This document shows, in pieces, positions 1-9,167 of a stretch of DNA of 64,000 nucleotides (the first letter of the stretch is position 1; the number at the start of each line of letters is the position of its first letter). The stretch comes from an uncultured Acidobacteriota bacterium. Its GTDB lineage: Bacteria > Acidobacteriota > Vicinamibacteria > Vicinamibacterales > 2-12-FULL-66-21. Location: NCBI GenBank assembly GCA_963695655.1, contig CAVOHG010000001.1:273995-337994 (forward strand). The letters are read 5' to 3'. The notes under the pieces are model-generated. The model saw nothing but the letters and a program-made list of their open reading frames with translations. It did no database searches and was not told the origin of the DNA. A program made the position numbers and the translations under genes.

Positions 1-136
1 CAATCCACAATCAGTCCTTAGTTGTCAGCAAACGAACTCACCGGTCGCAGCTCTCAGCTCCCAGCACCCGGTTCTTGTCCAACTGGCTAACTGCTAACTG
101 CTGACAGCTGTCAGCAGTCCACTGTCAGCTGTCAGC
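1..136. repeat. heptamer-phased tandem array (TAACTGC/TGACAGC/TGTCAGC units; reverse complement belongs to the NNNCTGA family), cut by window edge
   Basis: Read directly: AACTGGC TAACTGC TAACTGC TGACAGC TGTCAGC AGTCCAC TGTCAGC TGTCAGC in unbroken 7-nt phase at 81-136, with a weaker CAGC-every-7 pattern upstream. Perfect 20-nt palindrome CTGCTGACAGCTGTCAGCAG at 98-117. Ends 6 nt before the argJ stop codon. Confidence 0.8.
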
Positions 137-142
137 TCGATG

Positions 143-1354
143 TCACGTCCTGTACTCCGCGTTGATGCGGACGTACTCGGCTGAGAGATCGCAGGTCCAC
201 ATCTCCGAGCTGCCCGTCCCGCCCGTGCCGAGGTCTACTTCGACGACGATGTCGCGTCCCTTGAGATACTCGGCGGCCTCGTCGGCGCGTTCGTCGTGCG
301 GGGCGCCGCCGCTGAAGAGTTCAACCGGCCCGATGCGCACGGCCGCTCGTTCGAGCACGAACTCGGATCCCGAACGGCCCGCAACCGCGACAAGACGGCC
401 CCAGTTCGGATCGCCGCCGTGGATCGCGGTCTTGACCAGGAGCGAGTTGGCGATGGCACGCGCTGCCTGCCTCGCGTCCTGGCTTGATATCGCCCCGCCG
501 ACCCGCACGGTGATCAGCTTGGTGGCACCCTCACCGCCGCGGACGATGCCGGTCGCGAGCGGCCGGCACACACTCGTCAAGGCCTCGACGAGCAGTGCGA
601 AGTCGGCGTCGAGCAGCTCCACCTCGCTCGCGCCGTTCGCGAGGGCGAAGACGCAATCGTTGGTCGAGCATTCTCCATCGACGGTAATCGCGTTGAAGGT
701 GTCGTCCACGGCGGCCTTCAGTGCGCGCTGCAGCAGTACCGCCTCGACCTTCGCGTCGGTCGTGATGAACCCGAGCATCGTCGCCATGTTCGGCTCGATC
801 ATCCCGGAGCCTTTGGCGATGCCACCAACCCTGAAGGTGCCCCGGCCGGAGTCGATCTCTGCCGCCGCTTCCTTCGGGAACGGATCCGTCGTCATGATCG
901 CGCGGGCGGCATCGCCGCCTGCGGTCACGGCCAGTGCTGCCGCCGCTGCCGTGATCCCGCGCTGCACCTTCGACATATCGAGCTTGACGCCGATGACGCC
1001 GGTCGATGCGACCAGCACCGCCGCCGGATCGCAGCCGAGCGCTGAGGCGGTGAGCTCGGTCATGCGCGTGGCATGAGTCATCCCGTCGGGCCCGGTACAC
1101 GCGTTGGCGCAGCCACTGTTCACGACAATCGCGGAGACACGCCCACCGGACGCTGCCAGTTGCCGTTTCGAAACGATGACGGGTGCCGCGACCGCCTTGT
1201 TGGTCGTGAACACCGCTGCTGCCTGCGCCGGGCTATCGGAGACGACGAGCGCGAGATCGAGACCGCCCTTCGCCTTGATGCCGCAGGCGACTCCCGCGGC
1301 CCGATACCCGCGCGGGGCGGTAATGCCGCCCCCGATCACCCGGACGTTGCTCAC
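143..1354 (-). CDS. argJ: bifunctional ornithine acetyltransferase / N-acetylglutamate synthase ArgJ
   Basis: 404-aa frame with N-terminus VIGGGITAPRGYRAAGVACGIKAKGGLDLALV, self-cleavage region PNMATMLGFITTDA and C-terminus SAEYVRINAEYRT. GTG at 1354-1352 overlaps the upstream stop (GTGA). The 551-aa track ORF is an over-extension. Confidence 0.9.
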   Translation of the reverse strand: MSNVRVIGGGITAPRGYRAAGVACGIKAKGGLDLALVVSDSPAQAAAVFTTNKAVAAPVIVSKRQLAASGGRVSAIVVNSGCANACTGPDGMTHATRMTELTASALGCDPAAVLVASTGVIGVKLDMSKVQRGITAAAAALAVTAGGDAARAIMTTDPFPKEAAAEIDSGRGTFRVGGIAKGSGMIEPNMATMLGFITTDAKVEAVLLQRALKAAVDDTFNAITVDGECSTNDCVFALANGASEVELLDADFALLVEALTSVCRPLATGIVRGGEGATKLITVRVGGAISSQDARQAARAIANSLLVKTAIHGGDPNWGRLVAVAGRSGSEFVLERAAVRIGPVELFSGGAPHDERADEAAEYLKGRDIVVEVDLGTGGTGSSEMWTCDLSAEYVRINAEYRT

Positions 1355-1965
1355 GCGGGCACCGCGTGTGTGTCTTCCTCCGAGGGCGCAAGCACGCTCG
1401 AGGACTGCAGGTGCAGCCGCTCGACATTCGGGCGCCGTGCTCCGACCGTCCGCCCGCCGTAAATCACGGCTGGCGGCGTTTCGGGTCTGACGTGGACACC
1501 GGCACGCAGCGGCAGCGTCACGGCATACTGGCCGCAGTGCCTGAACAGCGGGCACGACGTGCAGTCGTGGGCGATCTTCTCGGGCACCCACATGTGCGGC
1601 ACGATGGTGAAGCCCAGCTTGACGAAGTGCGACGGCTGGTGCGTGAAGGCGCAGAGCGTCGCGAAGCCGCGCGCGGCGCCGGCCGACGCCAGCTCGGTCA
1701 CGAGCCGCGGGCCAATCTGGTTTCCGCGGACGTGTTCGTCGACGACAAGCGATCGCACTTCGGCAACGGTGTTGCTCAACGGCGCGAGCTCCGCGCACGC
1801 AATCACCGACCCTTCGTGTTCGGCGACGATGAAGCGGGGCGCGTGCGCGACGATCTCCTCAATCGTCCGGGGCAGCAGGTGCCCGGATTCGAGGTTCTCG
1901 GCGATCAGCCGGTTCACTGCCGGGGCGTCCGCCTCGGTCCCAGCCCTGAATGTCACCATCGTCAT
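1351..1965 (-). CDS. GNAT-family N-acetyltransferase, short N-acetylglutamate-synthase-like, with Cys-rich C-terminal segment
   Basis: MTMVTFRAGTEADAPAVNRLI...VAEVRSLVVDEHVRGNQIGPRLV (acetyl-CoA-binding Q/RxxGxG/A-like) ...HDCTSCPLFRHCGQ. ATG at 1965 overlaps the argD stop (ATGA) and its own stop overlaps the argJ GTG. Sits inside the arg operon. Confidence 0.75.
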   Translation of the reverse strand: MTMVTFRAGTEADAPAVNRLIAENLESGHLLPRTIEEIVAHAPRFIVAEHEGSVIACAELAPLSNTVAEVRSLVVDEHVRGNQIGPRLVTELASAGAARGFATLCAFTHQPSHFVKLGFTIVPHMWVPEKIAHDCTSCPLFRHCGQYAVTLPLRAGVHVRPETPPAVIYGGRTVGARRPNVERLHLQSSSVLAPSEEDTHAVPA

Positions 1966-3179
1966 GCGCGTGATCCTCCGAATGCCGCATGCAGTGCGGC
2001 GTCCAGCAGTCCGATTGCCTCGTCGATCTCGGCGGCGGTGATGATGTAGGGCGGCAGCAGCCGCACCACGGTTTCGGCCGTCCGATTCACCAGCAGCCCC
2101 TGTGCGAGCGCCGCTTCGACGACCGGCGCGGCCGGCCGATCCAGATCCAGTCCCCACATCAGTCCTGCGCCCCTGACTTCACGCACGCAGGCGTGGCGGG
2201 ACGCGAGCTCGTTCAGCCTTGCCGCGGCGTGGGTCCCGACGGCGGCCACGTGCGTCATCAAGCCCGCATCGACGAGCTCTTCGAGAAATACCAGTGCACC
2301 CCGGCATGCCAGCAGGTTTCCGCCGTAGGTGCTGCCGTGATCGCCAAACGAAGCCGATGCCGCAACCCGGTCGGTGAACAGCGCCGCGGCGATAGGCACG
2401 CCCGCACCGAGCGATTTCCCGATCGCCATGATGTCCGGTCGCAGGCCGAGGACGCCGGAGTAGAACGCCCGTCCGGTGCGCCCGAGCCCGCACTGCACTT
2501 CGTCGGCGATGAGCAGTGCGCCGGTGCGGCCGCACGCGTCGGCGATCGCATCGGCCATTGCCTGTGTTATCGGTCGAACGCCGCCTTCGCCCTGGATTGG
2601 TTCGAAAATCACGGCAGCGGTGCGATCCGTGACCGCAGCCCTGAGCCCCGCTGCATCGTCGGCGGCGACGAACGTCACGCCCGGTATCAGCGGCGCGAAG
2701 GGCGCGCGGTAGTGATCGTCCCACGTGACCGACAACGCTCCCATCGTCCGGCCATGGAACGAACCCTGGAGCGCGACGTATTCGGTGCGCTCCTGGCGCC
2801 CCTCCGAACGCCAGTAGCGGCGCGCGAACTTCAGGCTCGCCTCGACCGCCTCGGCGCCGCTGTTACAGAAAAATGCACGCGGCAGCCCCGAGAGCGTGGA
2901 CAGACGCTCGGCAAGTTCTCCCTGCAGCGGGTGGAAGAACAGGTTCGACGTATGCAGCAGCTCCTGCGCCTGGGCCGAGAGCGCCGCCGCGAGGCGCGGG
3001 TGCGCATGCCCGAGGGCGGCCACGCCCACGCCGGACGTCAGATCGAGATAGCTGCGGCCGTTCGTGTCGAACAGGCGGCAGCCGCGGCCATGATCGAACA
3101 CCACCTGGTTCCGCCGGTACACCTGCAGCAGGTGGTCCTTCTCGATCGCAATCACGTCGGTAGTTGTCGTCATCTTCAT
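1962..3179 (-). CDS. argD: acetylornithine aminotransferase (class III PLP aminotransferase)
   Basis: 405 aa from ATG 3179 (MKMTTTTDVIAIEKDHLLQVY...). Motifs NSGAEAVEASLKFARRY, LLIADEVQCGLGRTGRAF, DIMAIGKSLGAGVPI (PLP-Lys region). Operon context. Confidence 0.9.
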   Translation of the reverse strand: MKMTTTTDVIAIEKDHLLQVYRRNQVVFDHGRGCRLFDTNGRSYLDLTSGVGVAALGHAHPRLAAALSAQAQELLHTSNLFFHPLQGELAERLSTLSGLPRAFFCNSGAEAVEASLKFARRYWRSEGRQERTEYVALQGSFHGRTMGALSVTWDDHYRAPFAPLIPGVTFVAADDAAGLRAAVTDRTAAVIFEPIQGEGGVRPITQAMADAIADACGRTGALLIADEVQCGLGRTGRAFYSGVLGLRPDIMAIGKSLGAGVPIAAALFTDRVAASASFGDHGSTYGGNLLACRGALVFLEELVDAGLMTHVAAVGTHAAARLNELASRHACVREVRGAGLMWGLDLDRPAAPVVEAALAQGLLVNRTAETVVRLLPPYIITAAEIDEAIGLLDAALHAAFGGSRA

Positions 3180-3219
3180 CTCGCTTCCGAGCTTCCGGCT
3201 TCCACCGTGGGCTCCGGCT

Positions 3220-4011
3220 CTAGACGTTCCCTTCGATTCGCGTCCCGACCGCGCTCTCGAACTCCTTGACGCCGCGACCCGCGACGATGGCGATGTTCCG
3301 GACGCCGGCGTCGAGCGCCCGGCGGCAGGCGGCAAGCTTCGCGAGCATGCCCGAGTGCGCGTCCCCGGATGCCGCCATCCGGTCGATGTCGTCCGGGGTG
3401 AGCCGGGCAATCGGCTGTCCCTGCGCATCGAGAACACCGGCCGTTCCACCCGCAATAATCAAGCGGCTGGCATCGAGCGCGGCCGAAAGATGAGCGGCGA
3501 GGGTATCGGCATTGACGTTCAGCAGCCCGCCGTCTGCATCGGCGCCAACGCTCGCGATAACCGGCACGTAACCGCCCTCGAGCAGGTGATGGAGCAGCCC
3601 GACGTCACCCTTGTCCGGCTGCCCTACGAGGCCAAGGTCAACCTGCTCCCCGCTGACCGCCGTAAACATGCCGGCCCGGACCGAACGCCCGAGGCCCCCG
3701 TCAGCGCCCGTGAGTCCGACCGCTGGCGCGCCGGCGCGCCCGACCGCCGCGACCAGTGTCGTGTTCGTCCGTCCGGCGAGCACGCAGATGACGGCATCGA
3801 GTGCATCCGAGTCCGTGACACGCAAGCCATCCACGAACCTGGGCTCTTTCCCTCGCGACCGCAGTTCGGCATCGATCGCGCGTCCGCCGCCATGGATGAC
3901 GACGAGCGGCCCGGATTTCGAAAGCCGGACGATGGCTTCGGCGGCTCCTCGCATCGCCGGTTCGTCCTCGAGCAATTCGCCGCCGAGCTTCAGGACCGTG
4001 ATCATCGGCAA
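3220..4011 (-). CDS. argB: acetylglutamate kinase
   Basis: MITVLKLGGELL...VVIHGGG...GLVGQP...NVNADT pattern of the amino-acid kinase family. Track start 4011 is TTG; ATG at 4005 is the likelier start. Confidence 0.9.
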   Translation of the reverse strand: MPMITVLKLGGELLEDEPAMRGAAEAIVRLSKSGPLVVIHGGGRAIDAELRSRGKEPRFVDGLRVTDSDALDAVICVLAGRTNTTLVAAVGRAGAPAVGLTGADGGLGRSVRAGMFTAVSGEQVDLGLVGQPDKGDVGLLHHLLEGGYVPVIASVGADADGGLLNVNADTLAAHLSAALDASRLIIAGGTAGVLDAQGQPIARLTPDDIDRMAASGDAHSGMLAKLAACRRALDAGVRNIAIVAGRGVKEFESAVGTRIEGNV

Positions 4012-4012
4012 T

Positions 4013-5008
4013 TCAGAACAGGCCCGTCGTTTCGTCGAACCCGAACATCACGTTGAAGTTCTGGATCGCCTGACCGGCCGCCCCCTTGACGAGATTGTCG
4101 ATGCACACCGCCATCACCAGCTGGCCGCCTGGCGCATCGACGCGCCACCCGATGTCACAGAAATTCGTGTGCGCGACATGCTTGATCTCCGGCAGGTCGC
4201 CGCGCGTGAGGCGGACGAACGGTGAGCTGGCGTACGCACCGACCAGCGCGGCTTCGACCGCTGCCGCATCGACACCCGGCCGGAGCCGGGCGTAAATGGT
4301 CTCGAAGATGCCGCGGTCGAGCGGCACCAGGTGCGGCACGAACGTGACGCCGACGCCGACCTCCTGTTCGATCTCGGCAGCGTGCCGATGCGCGAACACC
4401 CCGTAGGCGGAGATGCTGTCGTGGCACTCCGAATAGTGCGTCCGTTCCGTCGGTGTCTTGCCGGCGCCGGAGATGCCGGACTTCGCGTCGATGATGATGC
4501 CGGGTTCGAGCAGGCCGCCATCGACGAGAGGTTTCAACCCAAGCACTGCGGCGGTCGGGTAACAGCCCGGGCACGCCACCAGGCGTGCGCCGTCCAGTTC
4601 GTTCCGGCGCTGTTCGGTCAGGCCGTAGGCGATGCCTGTGGTCGTGGACGGCGAATGCGGATACCACCGCTGCCGCTGCCCGACGTCCCGCAGACGGAAG
4701 GCACCGCTGAGGTCGAACACCCGCGTGCCGCGCTCCACAAGAGCCGGCGCGATGGTGGCGGCGAGCGTGTCCGGCAGACCGAGGAACACGGCGTCGGTCT
4801 CCGTCGCCAGGCGATCGACATCCAGGGGTTCGACCGGCGCATCCCAGATTTTTGCCAGTGCGGGCAGACGCTTGGATTCAGACGCACCGGACGCCATCGC
4901 GATGCGGACGACCGCGTGCGGATGCCGGGCAAGACGGCGCAGGAGTTCCAGCCCGGCATAACCGGTCACCCCCGCGATACCGACCCGGACCGAAGAATAA
5001 CTATTCAT
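4013..5008 (-). CDS. argC: N-acetyl-gamma-glutamyl-phosphate reductase
   Basis: 331 aa. VGIAGVTGYAGLELLRRL NAD(P) fold, active-site region LVACPGCYPTAAVLGLKPL. ATG at 5008. Confidence 0.9.
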   Translation of the reverse strand: MNSYSSVRVGIAGVTGYAGLELLRRLARHPHAVVRIAMASGASESKRLPALAKIWDAPVEPLDVDRLATETDAVFLGLPDTLAATIAPALVERGTRVFDLSGAFRLRDVGQRQRWYPHSPSTTTGIAYGLTEQRRNELDGARLVACPGCYPTAAVLGLKPLVDGGLLEPGIIIDAKSGISGAGKTPTERTHYSECHDSISAYGVFAHRHAAEIEQEVGVGVTFVPHLVPLDRGIFETIYARLRPGVDAAAVEAALVGAYASSPFVRLTRGDLPEIKHVAHTNFCDIGWRVDAPGGQLVMAVCIDNLVKGAAGQAIQNFNVMFGFDETTGLF

Positions 5009-5114
5009 CAGAACCTCTACTTATACAGAGTTATGCACTCTCAATCAATGCAAATCGTTGAACATGGAAGGCGTGGATGCATATGCTGTATAGTAATGAC
5101 CCTGTGCCTGCGCA
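5009..5114. promoter_or_regulatory. divergent argC / argR promoter region with candidate ARG-box-like operators
   Basis: 106-bp conspicuously AT-rich island in GC-rich DNA. Contains ATGCACTCTCAATCAATGCAAAT and GGATGCATATGCTGTATAGTAATG (palindrome GCATATGC at 5079-5086), resembling TGMAT-W-rich ARG-box half sites. No exact consensus match could be established by eye. Confidence 0.35.
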
Positions 5115-5567
5115 ATGAAGTCACACCGGCAAGCGGCCATTCTCGACATCATCGAGCGTGAAGCCGTCACGAGCCAGGAGCAGCTGCGCGAGAAGCTGCG
5201 GGCACGCGGCGTCGAGGCAACGCAGGCGACTCTTTCGCGCGATGTTCGCGACCTTCGCCTGATCAAGCGGCCCGTCGATGGCGCCTACACTCGGGGGACC
5301 CCGGCGATCGCCGCCGAAGGCGCTCCGGCTGACCGGCTGCGCACGGCGGTCGACGAGTACCTTCGCCGTCACGAAGTCGTCGAACAGCTGGTCGTGTTGA
5401 GGACGGACCCGGGCCAGGCGCAGCCGCTCGCTGTCGCCATCGACCGGGCCGGGGTGGGGGAGATCGTCGGCACTATCGCGGGGGACGACACCATCCTGGT
5501 CATCTGCAGGAGCGCCGCGGATGCCGCGACGCTTTCGAGCCGCCTGGCGCAATGGCTGGGCCAGTGA
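5115..5567 (+). CDS. argR: arginine repressor
   Basis: 150 aa. N-terminal winged helix KSHRQAAILDIIEREAVTSQEQLREKLRARGVEATQATLSRDVRDLRLIK and C-terminal oligomerisation/Arg-binding part GTIAGDDTILVI. Confidence 0.88.
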   Translation: MKSHRQAAILDIIEREAVTSQEQLREKLRARGVEATQATLSRDVRDLRLIKRPVDGAYTRGTPAIAAEGAPADRLRTAVDEYLRRHEVVEQLVVLRTDPGQAQPLAVAIDRAGVGEIVGTIAGDDTILVICRSAADAATLSSRLAQWLGQ

Positions 5568-5614
5568 TTCCAGCAAGCGATCGGGCACCGCATTCGGCGA
5601 GTCGTGGGGAAAAG

Positions 5615-6826
5615 ATGCAGCGCATTGTCCTGGCATATTCGGGCGGGCTCGACACCTCGGTCGCGATCCCGTGGCTCGCCGAGAAGTACGGCGCCGAGAT
5701 CATCGCCGTCACCGTCGACCTTGGGCAGGGGCACGAGCTCTCGAACGTCCGCGAGCGGGCGCTGGCGATCGGTGCGCTCCGTGCCCATGTCGTCGATGCG
5801 CGCGAGGAGTTCGCGCGCCACTACATCCTCCCGGCGCTCCAGGCAGGAGCGGTCTACGAGGATCGCTATCCGCTTGCCACCGCGCTCGGCCGCCCACTCA
5901 TCGCGAAGCATGTCGTCGAGATCGCGAAGATGGAGGGAGCCACGGCGATCGCGCACGGCTGCACCGGGAAAGACAACGACCAGGTCGGTCTCGACGTATC
6001 GGCCCGCGCCCTCGACCCCGGCATCCAGGTGATCGCACCGGCGCGGATGTGGGCGATGACGCGGACGGACGAGATCGAGTACGCCCGCGTGCGGAACATC
6101 CAGGTGCCGGCGACGCTCGCCAGCCCCTACAGCACTGACTCCAATCTCTGGGGACGGTCGATCGAGTGCGGCGTGCTCGAGGACCCGTGGCTCGAGCCGC
6201 CCGATGACATCTTCACGCTCACCCGTGCGCCGCGCGATTGCCCCGACGAACCGGCATACCTCGAAATCGAATTCGACGCCGGTGTGCCGGTCCGCACCAA
6301 CGGCATCGACATGCCGCTGCTCGAGCTCTTCGAGAGCCTGGAAACGATCGCCGGCACTCACGGCGTCGGCCGGATCGACATGGTCGAGAACCGGCTGGTG
6401 GGGATCAAGTCGCGCGAGATTTATGAAGCGCCGGCGGCGGTGGTGCTGCACGCCGCCCACAAGGAGCTGGAGAGCCTCGTCATCGCGCGCGATCTCCATC
6501 GCATCAAGCACGACATGGCCAGGCTGTACGCTGACGCCGTGTACAACGGTCTGTGGTTCTCGCAGACTCGCGAGGCCATCGACGCGTTCGTTGCCGCGAT
6601 CCAGCCACGCGTGACCGGCGTCGTCCGCCTCAAGCTGTTCAAAGGTGACTGCCGCGTCGTCGGGCGCAAGTCGCCGTTTGCGTTATACGATCACGGCCTG
6701 GCTACTTACGACAGCGGCGATCGCTACGATCACAGCGCGGCCGAAGGCTTCATCAAGATCTGGGGGCTTCCCATCGAGACGGCTTCCCGCAAGTCCGCTG
6801 CCCGTCGCGCAGCGGCGGAGCGCTGA
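5615..6826 (+). CDS. argG: argininosuccinate synthase
   Basis: MQRIVLAYSGGLDTSV (ATP pyrophosphatase motif), ...AHGCTGKGNDQV-like AHGCTGKDNDQV. ATG 5615 preceded by GGGGAAAAG. The track ORF begins 63 nt upstream inside argR. Confidence 0.92.
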   Translation: MQRIVLAYSGGLDTSVAIPWLAEKYGAEIIAVTVDLGQGHELSNVRERALAIGALRAHVVDAREEFARHYILPALQAGAVYEDRYPLATALGRPLIAKHVVEIAKMEGATAIAHGCTGKDNDQVGLDVSARALDPGIQVIAPARMWAMTRTDEIEYARVRNIQVPATLASPYSTDSNLWGRSIECGVLEDPWLEPPDDIFTLTRAPRDCPDEPAYLEIEFDAGVPVRTNGIDMPLLELFESLETIAGTHGVGRIDMVENRLVGIKSREIYEAPAAVVLHAAHKELESLVIARDLHRIKHDMARLYADAVYNGLWFSQTREAIDAFVAAIQPRVTGVVRLKLFKGDCRVVGRKSPFALYDHGLATYDSGDRYDHSAAEGFIKIWGLPIETASRKSAARRAAAER

Positions 6827-8221
6827 ATGGCGCATCTCTGGTCCGGCCGCTTCGAGGGTGATCCCGATGCGGCGCTGTTCGAATTCGGTGCGTCATTCCG
6901 ATTCGATCGCCGCCTGTTCGAGGACGATGTGACCGGGAGCCGTGCCTGGGCGGAAGCGCTCGAGCGCGCCGGCGTCCTGTCGCATCAGGACGCCCAGGCG
7001 ATTCGAACAGCGCTTCAGGACATCGCGGCGAAGGGCCACTCCGATCCGGGGTTCTTCACGTCGCCGGCCGCGGCGCTGGACGAGGACGTCCACTCGTTCG
7101 TGGAGCGTGAGCTGGTGGCCCGGGTCGGGGATGCCGGCCGGCGACTGCACACAGGCCGATCGCGCAACGAGCAGGTATCACTCGATCTGCGTCTGTATCT
7201 GAAACGTCGGGTCCCGCTGCTTCAGCGCCGAATCACCGCGATCGTTCGCGTCCTCGCCGACCAGGCGGAGGCGTCCGGACAAGTGCTGATGCCGTCGTAC
7301 ACGCATCTGCGTCGTGCGCAGCCGGTCCTTGCCGCCCATTTCTTCCTGGCGCATGCTGCGGCGTTCCAGCGCGACCACTCCCGTTTCGCCACTCTCCTGA
7401 TCGAGGCAGACGAACTGCCGCTGGGATCGGGGGCGATTGCCGGCACGAGCTACCCGATCGACGTGCAGGCGCTTGCCCAACGACTCGGGTTCTCGCGCAT
7501 CGTCGCGAACAGCATCGATGCCACCGGCGATCGGGACTTCGTCGCATCCTTTCTGCACGCGGCCGCCCTCACGATGGTCCATCTCAGTCGTCTTGCTGAG
7601 GACGGCATCCTGTTTACGTCGGAAGAATTCGGGTATTTCGAGCTGGCGGATACCGCGGCAACGGGCAGCAGCCTGATGCCTCAGAAGAAGAATCCCGATC
7701 CCCTGGAACTGGTCCGCGGCAAGGCTGGCCGCGTCATTGGCCGCTCGGCTGGTTGGCTGGCAACGATGAAGGGGTTGCCCATCGGGTACAGCAAGGACCT
7801 CCAGGAAGACAAGGAAGCCCTGTTCGAGGCCGAAGATACCGTTGGCTCGTCGCTCGACGCGACCGCGGCAGTGGTTGCAGGTCTGAAGATCAATGCGAGC
7901 ACGACCGAGGCGGCGGCTTCAGGACTTCTGCTTGCCACCGATGTCGCCGATTACCTGGTCGGCAAAGGGATGCCGTTCCGGGACGCCCATGAAGTGGTCG
8001 GCGCACTCGTCCGGCGCCTGCTCAACGAGCGCAGATCGTTTGATTCGCTGTCACTTGACGAATGGCGCACCCACTCGCCGCTGTTCGACCGAGACGTGCA
8101 GACCGCCGTCACTCCGGCCGCATCGGTGGCGCGCAAGCGCACTCCGCAGTCGACCAACCCCGATGCGGTGGCGACAGCGCTTGGCGAGCTGCGTGCGTGG
8201 ATCGTTCGTGCGGAGGACTGA
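6827..8221 (+). CDS. argH: argininosuccinate lyase
   Basis: 464 aa. Fumarate-lyase signature GSSLMPQKKNPD. ATG directly follows the argG TGA (TGAATG). Confidence 0.92.
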   Translation: MAHLWSGRFEGDPDAALFEFGASFRFDRRLFEDDVTGSRAWAEALERAGVLSHQDAQAIRTALQDIAAKGHSDPGFFTSPAAALDEDVHSFVERELVARVGDAGRRLHTGRSRNEQVSLDLRLYLKRRVPLLQRRITAIVRVLADQAEASGQVLMPSYTHLRRAQPVLAAHFFLAHAAAFQRDHSRFATLLIEADELPLGSGAIAGTSYPIDVQALAQRLGFSRIVANSIDATGDRDFVASFLHAAALTMVHLSRLAEDGILFTSEEFGYFELADTAATGSSLMPQKKNPDPLELVRGKAGRVIGRSAGWLATMKGLPIGYSKDLQEDKEALFEAEDTVGSSLDATAAVVAGLKINASTTEAAASGLLLATDVADYLVGKGMPFRDAHEVVGALVRRLLNERRSFDSLSLDEWRTHSPLFDRDVQTAVTPAASVARKRTPQSTNPDAVATALGELRAWIVRAED

Positions 8222-8247
8222 ATCGGCGAGAGCACGCGAGCAAAAGA

Positions 8248-8285
8248 AACGGGGGGCGCCCGATGCCCCCCGTTCTTTCTTTCTG
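8248..8285. terminator. bidirectional intrinsic terminator between convergent argH and OMP gene
   Basis: Hairpin AACGGGGGGC-GCCCGAT-GCCCCCCGTT (8248-8274), flanked by CAAAAGAAA upstream and CTTTCTTTCTTTCT downstream. Confidence 0.75.
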
Positions 8286-8310
8286 ACAAACTTCGCGCTC
8301 GTGACCGGTC

Positions 8311-8919
8311 TTAGAACTTGAAGGTCACACCGACGGTGCCCCGCCAGAACCGGAAGCTGCCCAGCGAAAAGTCGACGCTGTCCGAGTCGTTGCTCTGCAG
8401 CGATCGGAAGTAGCGGATGTCGCCGCGGATGGCGACGGGACCGCCGAGGATCACGCCGCCGCCGAGGTCGTAAGCCAAGTCGTTCCGGCTCGCGTCCAGG
8501 AACTGCGCCGCGTCATCCACACTCGATTTCAGGAGGCCGATGCCCCCGGATGCGTAGGGGCGAAACGGACCGAGTGGAGCGCCGACCACAAGATTCCCCA
8601 TCAGCGTGGTCACGTTGCCGTCACCGACGAGATTGAAGTTGTCGCTGTTGTCCTCGACGCGGAAGAAGTTCGGCGAGTATCCGAAGTCGGCTTCGAACCC
8701 GATGATCCCGCCGCCCATCCACCCGATGCTGGCACCGTAATTCACCTTCCGCTCGAACTCGTTCTTGAAGTTGTCGCCGATTCCACCAACTTCGGCATTG
8801 CCGCCGAACGTCGCACCGATGAAGGGCGTGAACAGCCAGTCGGCCGACGCTCGGGTTGGAGCGGCCGCGCTCGCGATAGCTATGAGTGACGCCGCGAAAA
8901 AAATCCTGCGCAATGACAT
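8311..8919 (-). CDS. small outer-membrane beta-barrel protein (OmpW/OmpA-like OMP_b-brl type)
   Basis: Signal peptide MSLRRIFFAASLIAIASAAAPTRASA, alternating Gly/aromatic beta-strand pattern, C-terminal ...GTVGVTFKF with terminal Phe. Confidence 0.75.
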   Translation of the reverse strand: MSLRRIFFAASLIAIASAAAPTRASADWLFTPFIGATFGGNAEVGGIGDNFKNEFERKVNYGASIGWMGGGIIGFEADFGYSPNFFRVEDNSDNFNLVGDGNVTTLMGNLVVGAPLGPFRPYASGGIGLLKSSVDDAAQFLDASRNDLAYDLGGGVILGGPVAIRGDIRYFRSLQSNDSDSVDFSLGSFRFWRGTVGVTFKF

Positions 8920-9167
8920 GTGACTCCCTCGTCCTGATTACGGCGGGAAAAGCCCGCGCTCTTCACGCAGGCGACTCGTCCGCAGACGATCACCCGCGTG
9001 AATCAGAACTGCAAGCCACGTACCTCGGAAGGGATTGCAGCAAGCCGAACCATCAGAGACCGCGGCATGGACCGCGGTCCCTGTGGCGGCTGCACAGGGG
9101 TGCGAAACACCCGGCATTGGAATGTGGACGTGCGCCATCCGCGCAATCGTCGGGGACGCAGCTGATG

